From positions 1 to 61,109 of the forward strand of contig DATLLF010000178.1 of NCBI GenBank assembly GCA_035537955.1: a stretch of DNA of 61,109 bases, read 5' to 3'. Both the position numbers and the translations under genes were made by a program. The DNA comes from Vicinamibacterales bacterium. Its GTDB lineage: Bacteria; Acidobacteriota; Vicinamibacteria; Vicinamibacterales; 2-12-FULL-66-21. Numbering within the stretch: position 1 is the stretch's first letter; every line of letters starts with the position of its first letter. The notes below the pieces were generated by a model. It was not told where the DNA came from. It searched no databases and saw only the letters and a program-made list of their open reading frames with translations. Below are positions 11,701-18,467 of this stretch, one piece after another.

Positions 11701-12615
11701 GATCGCGGCGTGCATCTGGCCGCGCTTTTCTTCATTCTCGTCGGCGCTGGTATGGGGCTGTCCATGGCCGAGCGCATTGCGGATCCGGTGAGCCGCCTGA
11801 CGCGCGCGACACGCCGTATCGCGAGCGGTGACTTCGATGCGCGCATCGCCGTCCGCTCGGCCGACGAGCTGCGACGTCTGGTCGACGCATTCAACCGCAT
11901 GGCCGCCGAGCTGAAGGCGCAACGCGCGCAGCTCGAACGGACACACCGCCTCGAAGCATGGGCGGAGATGGCCCGGCAGGTTGCGCACGAGATCAAGAAT
12001 CCGCTCACGCCGATCCAGCTCTCTGCCGAGCACCTGCGTCGCGTGCACGCGGATCGCGGCGAACCGATGGGCCCCGTGCTCGACGGATGCGTCAACGCGA
12101 TCCTCGGTCAGGTCCGGCTGCTGCGGCAGATTTCCTCGGAGTTTTCGAATTTCGCGTCGTCACCAACGGCACGGCCGGCCTCTGTCCGCCTGCCCGAGCT
12201 CGTCGCTGAAGTCCTCGCGCCTTACCGGACCGGGCTCGCGGGCCGCGTTGAGATCTACAACCAGACGTCGGATCCGTTGCCCGCCGTCTTCGTGGATCGC
12301 ACTCTTATTGCGCGTGCACTCTCGAACATCGTCGAGAATGCGCTGCATGCCATGCCCGGGCACGGATCGATCACGCTGACGAGCGACGAGGAGCCGGGGT
12401 TCGTGGTGCTGCGCGTACGCGATACCGGCATTGGCATGGACGAGGAGGCGCTGTCACGCGTTTTCGAGCCGTACTTCTCGACGAAAGCAACCGGTACAGG
12501 GCTCGGGCTGCCCATCGCACGTCGCAATGTGGAATTGAGTGGCGGCCGCATTGAAGTCGAGAGCGCACGCGGCCAGGGCACGACGGTGATCCTGCGGCTC
12601 CCGACGATCCCGTAG
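8701..12615 (+). CDS. Giant multi-pass sensor histidine kinase, NtrY-like transmitter
   Basis: HAMP region followed by the H-box AHEIKNPLTPIQLSAEHL, then G1 DTGIGMD and G2 GTGLGLPIA. The transmitter is preceded by ~1000 aa containing more than 10 predicted TM helices and three soluble inserts. The start is set at MRARHVSWRR (8701). Confidence 0.85.
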   Translation: MRARHVSWRRLLATGLLASLAAVAAGAALEWFRFGASGAQTASRVEAEIRGDFDEMTALLARLGTAIATDPETVRALQTARSLQAEPEAARTLFEVLDRRLGDAKSRADVAVTIYDFPDGVARAWAGRPSDIPGERIRTPRSWFVTPSPQGLRLVHVLPVSGGDDAPLGVVATEHALSPAPAVTTIAPSEYALPTAFGPASLRLAFEGAGEQTAPGALLLRAPNGDVLVEAQISSEQLALTRAHWRRREAAAVLGILAVTLFLLVGPALDARSSARSTHTHVKLTLIASALIVGGASIGWTALDVAFEGVPGGRAALLVCSATVTAFIALLAVPLSRLRAGLRHRRRDPSSAIVTFGATQVAAGIAVAGLLIAFEVLLSRALAGAPVDLRHFSLHPWSEERLTLLVAILTTHIAAVWAAVVILAMSIIRWRLGRGYSTRLLVLWIVWTAPSFIIALLSLNRGWPTPVLGVSLSAAACATAALLARRTALWFRHATVAARILGLFIAFLIPSLLLYPSVNFFTLRTLRSVVAERFAVQAQNHPQMLQDVLATVRNELDAMPALGELVNGGAAASSQGCATESAFLVWRQTALARERLTSAVELYDGEGRLVSCFALNFPEYAGSIRAAPATSSCSWEVFGEAARFGSEERRMLHAERSICDGTGPEKRILGSIVLHIIPDYRTLPFITSQSPYFEVFRTQGGAPAEGTTASDVEIVIYGWGLTPLYSSGAAWPITEELFARIYHSREPFWTELERGDARWHVYFSNDRNGIYALGYPALTIFDRLVHLAELTTLAGLVFVIVLLATAAFTRMARERPRVGRALLREIRASFYRKLFLAFVLASIIPVLTLAFVIRAYFAGLLRANVEAEAARSASVAQRVIEESQALQLQGGEQPPPASDDVMIWISQVIDQDVNVFRGPELLATSERDLFASGLLPTRTPADVYRGIALQRLPSFVGEDRIGSLPYMIAAAPVRAGGRDAILTVPLANQQREIEEEVDELDRGVHLAALFFILVGAGMGLSMAERIADPVSRLTRATRRIASGDFDARIAVRSADELRRLVDAFNRMAAELKAQRAQLERTHRLEAWAEMARQVAHEIKNPLTPIQLSAEHLRRVHADRGEPMGPVLDGCVNAILGQVRLLRQISSEFSNFASSPTARPASVRLPELVAEVLAPYRTGLAGRVEIYNQTSDPLPAVFVDRTLIARALSNIVENALHAMPGHGSITLTSDEEPGFVVLRVRDTGIGMDEEALSRVFEPYFSTKATGTGLGLPIARRNVELSGGRIEVESARGQGTTVILRLPTIP

Positions 12616-12621
12616 CGCGAC

Positions 12622-13425
12622 TCAGCGGACGTTGGTCGGAGGCGTTTCGGGAGTCGACGCCACCGCCGCGTCTGCTTCAGGATGGCGTTTGAGACGTCCG
12701 ACCATCCATGAGATCACGGCGAACACGAGGTAGCCATACGCCATCACGACCAGCGCGACGCGCGGCTGCGTGGCAATGAGCGCGATGATCACGGCGCCGA
12801 CAAAGAGCGCAAAGTACGAGCGCCGCCAGCCGACATCAATCGCCTTGACGCTGCGGAAGCGGATCGTGCTCACCATCAGAAGCGCCGGCACGAGCACCAT
12901 CGCCAGCGCCGGCAGCGCCTGCCGCCACTCCTGGAGTCCGCCGGGGTAGAGATAGACGGTCGACACGATCACCGCGGCTGCCGCGGGGCTGGGCATTCCC
13001 GCGAAATATCGCTTGTCCCCTGCCGCGGTGGTTTGAATGTTGAAACGCGCGAGCCGCATCGCGGCGGCGGTGACGTACAGAAAACCGATGGCCCACCCGA
13101 GGCGCTGCAACGGCCAGAGACCCCACGTGAACGCGAGGATCGCGGGTGCGAGGCCGAACGAGACGACGTCGGCGAGAGAATCGAGCTGCACGCCAAACGC
13201 CGACGAGGAATTCGTGAGCCGCGCGAAGAAGCCGTCGAGCGTGTCGAGCACCATCGCAATCCCGATGAGGAGCGCGGCAGTCTCGAAATCGGCGCGGGTC
13301 GCATACACGACGCACGCGTAACCGCAGAACAGGTTCGCCACCGTGAACAGCGACGGCAGCAGATAGACGCCGCGCCGGAAACGTCGGGGCTGGTCGGTGC
13401 GGCGCCGGCCGAATTTATCGAGCAC
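12622..13425 (-). CDS. pssA: CDP-diacylglycerol--serine O-phosphatidyltransferase
   Basis: CDP-alcohol phosphatidyltransferase motif DTLDGFFARLTNSSSAFGVQLDSLADVVSFG. The GTG at 13425 has GGGAG 6 nt upstream and overlaps the psd stop by 11 nt. The track start (GTG 13458) is an alternative. Confidence 0.88.
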   Translation of the reverse strand: MLDKFGRRRTDQPRRFRRGVYLLPSLFTVANLFCGYACVVYATRADFETAALLIGIAMVLDTLDGFFARLTNSSSAFGVQLDSLADVVSFGLAPAILAFTWGLWPLQRLGWAIGFLYVTAAAMRLARFNIQTTAAGDKRYFAGMPSPAAAAVIVSTVYLYPGGLQEWRQALPALAMVLVPALLMVSTIRFRSVKAIDVGWRRSYFALFVGAVIIALIATQPRVALVVMAYGYLVFAVISWMVGRLKRHPEADAAVASTPETPPTNVR

Positions 13426-14074
13426 TCTGGCTCCCGAACTCCGCAAGGATCGTTTCACCGGCGACGACGTGTTCTCCCACCGTCACGCGCAGTTCGGCGT
13501 CCGTGGGAAGAAAGACGTCCATGCGCGAGCCGAATTTCATCAGGCCTATGCGCTCCCCCCTCGAGAGCTGCTGACCTTCGACGACACGGCAGACGATCCG
13601 CCGAGCGAGGATGCCGACGACCTGGCGAACGACGACTGTTCGGCCGTTCGAATCGAGCCACAGCTCATTGAGCTCATTGTCGTTCGCGGCTTCGTTGTAA
13701 GCGGGGAGAAACTTACCCGGCCGGTATTCGATCCTCGTGATCCGTCCTTCGACAGGTGTTCGATTGATGTGGACGTCGATGGGCGAGAGAAAAACCGTGA
13801 TCTGCTTCCACTCGCCGGCCGGTGCCCAGCGATGATCGGTCGGTCCGGCGATCATCACGCGTCCATCCGCAGGGGAAACGACGAGATCGGGGGCGCGGGG
13901 AATCTCGCGATCCGGATCCCTGAAGAAATAGGCGAAGAAGCCGCCGAGAAGGGCAAAGGCTGTCGCAAACGCGGGGCGCTTTGCCGCCGCGGCGATCGCG
14001 GCCGGCACCAGGGCGCCGCCAATGAATGGATACCCCGCGCGGTCGATCTTCATACCCGCAAGCATGCCGTACAA
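13415..14074 (-). CDS. psd: Phosphatidylserine decarboxylase proenzyme (short form)
   Basis: 219 aa. The self-cleavage region LMKFGSRMDVFLP is present. The gene sits directly upstream of and overlaps pssA. Confidence 0.9.
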   Translation of the reverse strand: MYGMLAGMKIDRAGYPFIGGALVPAAIAAAAKRPAFATAFALLGGFFAYFFRDPDREIPRAPDLVVSPADGRVMIAGPTDHRWAPAGEWKQITVFLSPIDVHINRTPVEGRITRIEYRPGKFLPAYNEAANDNELNELWLDSNGRTVVVRQVVGILARRIVCRVVEGQQLSRGERIGLMKFGSRMDVFLPTDAELRVTVGEHVVAGETILAEFGSQSAR

Positions 14075-14240
14075 AAAATCAGAGGGCCAGCGGCCGTTCC
14101 CCGCCGCTCTACCGGCGAGGTCGGACGTCGGCCCTCCGGTCTTTGGGAAGGCAGTGTTGATCCACCCGGAATCAGTTGCCGCGACCGCTCGCGGGGCGCT
14201 GGGCGGCGGGCGGGCTCACACAGCGCACGGGGTCGACGGG

Positions 14241-14489
14241 TCAGGCTCGAGTGGGTGCCGCTTCGAGATCGCTCGTGTGGCGTCGAAGGATGCTCTCCAT
14301 CTGATCCTTCAACTGCAGTTTCTGTTTTTTGAGGGTGATTTCTTCGACCTGTTCGGGCTCGGTGAGGTAGTGCCGCTCGGCGTAATTGTGAAGTCGTTCG
14401 TCGAGATCGTGATGCTTGGTGGCGAGCTGTCGAAACTCCGAATCGGTCTGCAGGAGTTTTCGCTTCAGCTCTTCGAAATCTGTCGGCAT
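14241..14489 (-). CDS. DUF465 (YdcH-like) small coiled-coil protein
   Basis: 82 aa. The sequence FRQLATKHHDLDERLHNYAERHYLTEPEQVEEITLKKQKLQLKDQM matches the YdcH/DUF465 pattern. Confidence 0.8.
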   Translation of the reverse strand: MPTDFEELKRKLLQTDSEFRQLATKHHDLDERLHNYAERHYLTEPEQVEEITLKKQKLQLKDQMESILRRHTSDLEAAPTRA

Positions 14490-14594
14490 CTCCGCCCCTC
14501 CTTTGCCAATGGCGTGCTCAATCTCCGACTCTCATAGGCGCAACTTAGCACAAGACTAAAAGTCCTTCAAGGTTATGGATATCGGAGACCAAAC

Positions 14595-15053
14595 TCATGG
14601 ATTTCGCCACAGTATCAACCCGTCTTCGTCTGGATGCTGGTAGTAATTCGACCGGACGCCGGTCACCGCGAATCCAAGCTTCTCGTAGAGCGCGAGCGCC
14701 GCGACGTTCGAGCGTCGAACTTCGAGCGTCGCGCGATTCACGCGGGTGAGGTCGAACACGCGGCGCAGGAGTTCGTACGCGAGCCCCTGGCGACGAAGCA
14801 GTGTGTGGACGGCGATGGTGTTGATGTGCAGCTCGTCGCCGATGAGCCAGCAGGCGCAGAACGCGACCACCCGGCGTTCATCACTCCGCGCGACGAAGAT
14901 CTCGCTCACGGGCGTGTCGAGCATCGCATCGAACGTCTGTATCGTCCAGGGATTCGCAAACGACTCCGTCTCGATGGCGATCACCGCGTCTCGATCTTCC
15001 GCTGTGACCGGCCGCCGTAGCCGCTCGACGGCGATGTCAACTCGAGGCTTCAC
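14595..15053 (-). CDS. rimI: Ribosomal-protein-alanine N-acetyltransferase (GNAT)
   Basis: 152 aa with the GNAT core INTIAVHTLLRRQGLAYELL...LEVRRSNVAALALYEKLGF. The GTG at 15053 overlaps the tsaB stop as GTGA. The 270-aa track ORF is an over-extension into tsaB. Confidence 0.85.
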   Translation of the reverse strand: MKPRVDIAVERLRRPVTAEDRDAVIAIETESFANPWTIQTFDAMLDTPVSEIFVARSDERRVVAFCACWLIGDELHINTIAVHTLLRRQGLAYELLRRVFDLTRVNRATLEVRRSNVAALALYEKLGFAVTGVRSNYYQHPDEDGLILWRNP

Positions 15054-15751
15054 GAGTGACCGTGCCGCCGGTCCCGCGCGATCTCCGCGTCGGGCCGGCG
15101 GACGTAAATGGGCACGATGGCGTGCGGCAGCACGGCGCGGTCCGCGTGCCGGGCGGCGATTCGTGCGATGGCGCCGGCCAGCGGCGGAATCGATTCGGCG
15201 ATCGACAGCGCGCCGAAGGTCGCGACGATCTGCTCTCTGTATCTCTGTGCGCCATCCCCGTGGAAAACCGCCGAATCGAGCTGTCCGCGCTGGATCTCGA
15301 GCGCGACCGCGGGCGACGCGGAGATCGCCTCGGTGACGGGCGTCACCGACGCACGCGTCCGATCGAAGACCTGAGCGAACACCTCTCCGCGCTGTGCGTC
15401 CATCCATGCGGCGATTCGGCGGGCATCGCCGGGCGCTGACGCGGCGAGCGCTTCGAGCGTCGAGACCGGGACCACGCGCCTGCTCTGGGCCATTGCCAAC
15501 CCCTGAATCGTCGCGATGCCTACACGCAACCCGGTGAACGATCCCGGCCCCGCGGCGACCGCGAACATCTCCACGTCGCCAATTGTGAGCCCCGCCGTGC
15601 GGCAGGCCGCAATGAGATCGCCCGGCAACCGCTGCGCGTGGGTGAGCGATGGCTCGCCGACATGCTCGGACAGCACGCGCTCGTCGCGCGCGATCGCAAC
15701 GCTGCCGGTACGAGTGGTCGTGTCCAATGCGAGGATCAACACGTGGGCCAA
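15050..15751 (-). CDS. tsaB: tRNA t6A37 biosynthesis protein TsaB
   Basis: N-terminus ILALDTTTRTGSVAI and motif GPGSFTGLRVG. It shows the classic tsaB-rimI adjacency. Confidence 0.9.
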   Translation of the reverse strand: MAHVLILALDTTTRTGSVAIARDERVLSEHVGEPSLTHAQRLPGDLIAACRTAGLTIGDVEMFAVAAGPGSFTGLRVGIATIQGLAMAQSRRVVPVSTLEALAASAPGDARRIAAWMDAQRGEVFAQVFDRTRASVTPVTEAISASPAVALEIQRGQLDSAVFHGDGAQRYREQIVATFGALSIAESIPPLAGAIARIAARHADRAVLPHAIVPIYVRRPDAEIARDRRHGHS

Positions 15752-15830
15752 TGTTATATTCAGCCTTGGCTGCCGGTCAGCCTTGCACTCTTACTCCAGC
15801 AGTCAGACGTCAGCATTCAGCATTGCCCAG

Positions 15831-18467
15831 ATGCCCTCCGTTGAGCCTGCCGGCGCCACGCCGGCGATGCGGCAGTACTTCGACGCCAAGCGACAGTACC
15901 GCGATGCGATCGTCTTCTTCCGCATGGGGGACTTCTACGAGATGTTCTACGAGGACGCGCTCACCGCGGCGCGCGCCCTCGAGCTCACGCTGACATCCCG
16001 ATCGAAGGACTCGACCGGCGGCGCCATCCCGATGTGCGGTGTGCCGTTCCATGCGGCCGATACGTACATCGCGCGGCTGGTGAAGAAGGGATTCCGCGTG
16101 GCCGTCTGCGAGCAGACGGAGGACCCGAAAAAAGCCAAGGGGCTCGTGCGCCGCGAAGTGGTCCGCGTGGTGTCGCCGGGCACGCTCACCGATTCTGGTT
16201 ACCTCGATGCGCGCGAGCCGGCATTTCTCATGGCGATCGCGCCGTCGTCCGCGGGCCCCGGCTACGGCGTGGCGTTGATCGATCTCTCGACGGGCGAGTT
16301 TTCGGCGACGGAGTACCTGGGATCCGACGCCCGGCACACTCTTGCGGACGAGCTCGCCGTCCTGCGTCCCAAAGAAATCGTCGCGCCTGCATCGATGTCC
16401 GACATAACCGCGCTCACCGAGACGCTGGGTCTCGAGACACTGGTGACGCGGAGCGACGACTGGACCTTCGAGTCGGAATCAGCCCGGCGCACGCTCCTCG
16501 ACCAGTTGCGCACGCACAGCCTTCGGGCGTTCGGCCTCGAGGATCGACTGGCGGCTACCTGCGCGGCAGGGGCGCTCGTCCAGTATCTGCGCGAGACGCA
16601 GAAGGCCGACCTTTCTCACATCCGCGAAGTGAGTTTTCGCAGCGGCTCCGACTGCCTGATCGTGGATCCGACCACCCTGAGGAACCTCGAGGTGATCGAG
16701 GCTGCGCAAGGCGGCCGTGCCGGATCGCTGCTGAACGAGATCGATCGAACCGTCACGCCAATGGGCGGGCGGCTGATGAGGTCGTGGCTCCTGCGGCCGC
16801 TGCTGTCGCTCGAACGGATTCAGGACCGGCTCGACGCCGTGGAGGATTTTGCGTTCCGCTCGACCGAGCGGGCCAAGGTGCGCGACACGCTCAAATCGAT
16901 CCACGACATCGAGAGGCTTGTCGCCCGCACCGCGCTCGGGACGGCGGGGCCACGGGACCTCGTTTCGTTGAAATCGTCCATTGCCGTGATTCCGCGCCTG
17001 CGGATGCTGCTCAGCGAGATGCAGGCCCCACTCGTTCGCAGCCTCACCGCCGAGATCGACGATCTGGCCGACATTCGCGACGAGCTGGATCGCACGCTTG
17101 TCGACGAGCCACCCGCAGTAGCGCGCGACGGCGGCATGCTGCGCGATGGCATCGACGGGGAACTCGACGAGCTGCGCATCATCAGCCGCTCCGGCAAGCA
17201 GCGGATCGCCGAGATGGAGGAAGCCGAACGGGCGCGTACCGGCATCACCTCACTGAAGATCCGCTACAACCGCGTGTTCGGCTACTACATCGAGATCTCG
17301 AAATCGAATTTGGCGAATGTGCCCTCCGACTATCACCGCAAGCAGACGATCGCCGGCGGCGAGCGTTTCATCACGCCAGCTCTGAAGGAGTACGAAGAAA
17401 AAGTCCTTGGCGCCGACGAACGAATCATCAGTCGCGAGGTGGAGATCTTCGAGCGTTTGCGGGAGCGGGTGGCAGCGGAAGCGCCGCGCATCCAGGACAC
17501 CGCCCGTGGCATCGCCGCCCTCGATGCACTGTCGGCGCTCGCCGAAACCGCGTCGGTGGCGAACTATACGAAGCCGCAGATGCACTCGGGTGACGAGCTT
17601 GTAGCAACGGACGCGCGCCATCCGGTTGTCGAGCGCTACGCGGCGGACGCGTTCGTGCCCAATGACGTGACGCTCGACGGGGGCGGTCACCAGCTGGTGA
17701 TCCTGACCGGCCCCAACATGGGCGGCAAGTCCACGTACTTGCGTCAGACGGCGCTGCTCTGTCTCATGGCGCAGGCCGGATCGTTCGTGCCGGCTCGCTC
17801 CGCGAAGCTCCCCGTCGTGGATCGTCTCTTTGCGCGCGTCGGCGCGTCCGACAACATCGCGCGAGGCCAGTCGACCTTCATGGTCGAGATGCAGGAGACC
17901 GCCAACATCCTGCACTGCGCGACCTCACGCAGTTTGGTGATCCTCGACGAGATCGGACGGGGGACGGCAACCTTCGACGGGCTGAGTCTTGCGTGGGCGG
18001 TTGCGGAGTACCTGGCGTCGAACCCGAAAGCCCGTCCGAAGACGATCTTCGCCACGCACTACCACGAGCTGACGGATCTCGCGGACGCCCTTCCCTCAGT
18101 CGCGAACTTCCACGTGGTCGTTCGCGAGTGGAAGGACGACATCGTGTTCCTGCGCAAGGTCGTGCCCGGGCGGTCCGACCGCAGCTATGGGATCCAGGTC
18201 GCGCGTCTTGCGGGGCTGCCGGTCAGTGTCGTGACCCGAGCGCGCGAGATCCTGAACGGTCTGGAACGTGACGAGTTGTCACGCGGCGGCCGTCCATCTT
18301 TGAGTGGTGACGGGGTCCGCAATCAGCAGCAACTGGGGTTGTTTCAAGCGCCGCCGGCCGGCGATGATCCCGTGGCGAAGCGCCTGCGCGAGATCGACGT
18401 CAATCAACTGACGCCGCTCCAGGCACTCGCCCTTCTCGCCGACTTGAAGCGCGACGTCGAAGGATGA
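15831..18467 (+). CDS. mutS: DNA mismatch repair protein MutS
   Basis: N-terminus TPAMRQYFDAKRQYRDAIVFFRMGDFYEMF, Walker A GPNMGGKST, and STFMVEM. The start is set at MPSVEP (15831). The track ORF extends 105 codons upstream into tsaB antisense. Confidence 0.96.
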   Translation: MPSVEPAGATPAMRQYFDAKRQYRDAIVFFRMGDFYEMFYEDALTAARALELTLTSRSKDSTGGAIPMCGVPFHAADTYIARLVKKGFRVAVCEQTEDPKKAKGLVRREVVRVVSPGTLTDSGYLDAREPAFLMAIAPSSAGPGYGVALIDLSTGEFSATEYLGSDARHTLADELAVLRPKEIVAPASMSDITALTETLGLETLVTRSDDWTFESESARRTLLDQLRTHSLRAFGLEDRLAATCAAGALVQYLRETQKADLSHIREVSFRSGSDCLIVDPTTLRNLEVIEAAQGGRAGSLLNEIDRTVTPMGGRLMRSWLLRPLLSLERIQDRLDAVEDFAFRSTERAKVRDTLKSIHDIERLVARTALGTAGPRDLVSLKSSIAVIPRLRMLLSEMQAPLVRSLTAEIDDLADIRDELDRTLVDEPPAVARDGGMLRDGIDGELDELRIISRSGKQRIAEMEEAERARTGITSLKIRYNRVFGYYIEISKSNLANVPSDYHRKQTIAGGERFITPALKEYEEKVLGADERIISREVEIFERLRERVAAEAPRIQDTARGIAALDALSALAETASVANYTKPQMHSGDELVATDARHPVVERYAADAFVPNDVTLDGGGHQLVILTGPNMGGKSTYLRQTALLCLMAQAGSFVPARSAKLPVVDRLFARVGASDNIARGQSTFMVEMQETANILHCATSRSLVILDEIGRGTATFDGLSLAWAVAEYLASNPKARPKTIFATHYHELTDLADALPSVANFHVVVREWKDDIVFLRKVVPGRSDRSYGIQVARLAGLPVSVVTRAREILNGLERDELSRGGRPSLSGDGVRNQQQLGLFQAPPAGDDPVAKRLREIDVNQLTPLQALALLADLKRDVEG

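Noticed and set aside
14595-15407. 270-aa version of the rimI ORF
   Set aside because: The N-terminal 118 codons are an Arg-rich read-through across tsaB in another frame. The GNAT domain starts at the GTG at 15053, which overlaps the tsaB stop.
15768-15790. TGGCTGCCGGTCAGCCTTGCA in the tsaB/mutS gap as a sigma-54 promoter
   Set aside because: The GG-to-GC offset is 17 nt (or 10 nt from the second GG) instead of the canonical 12 nt.
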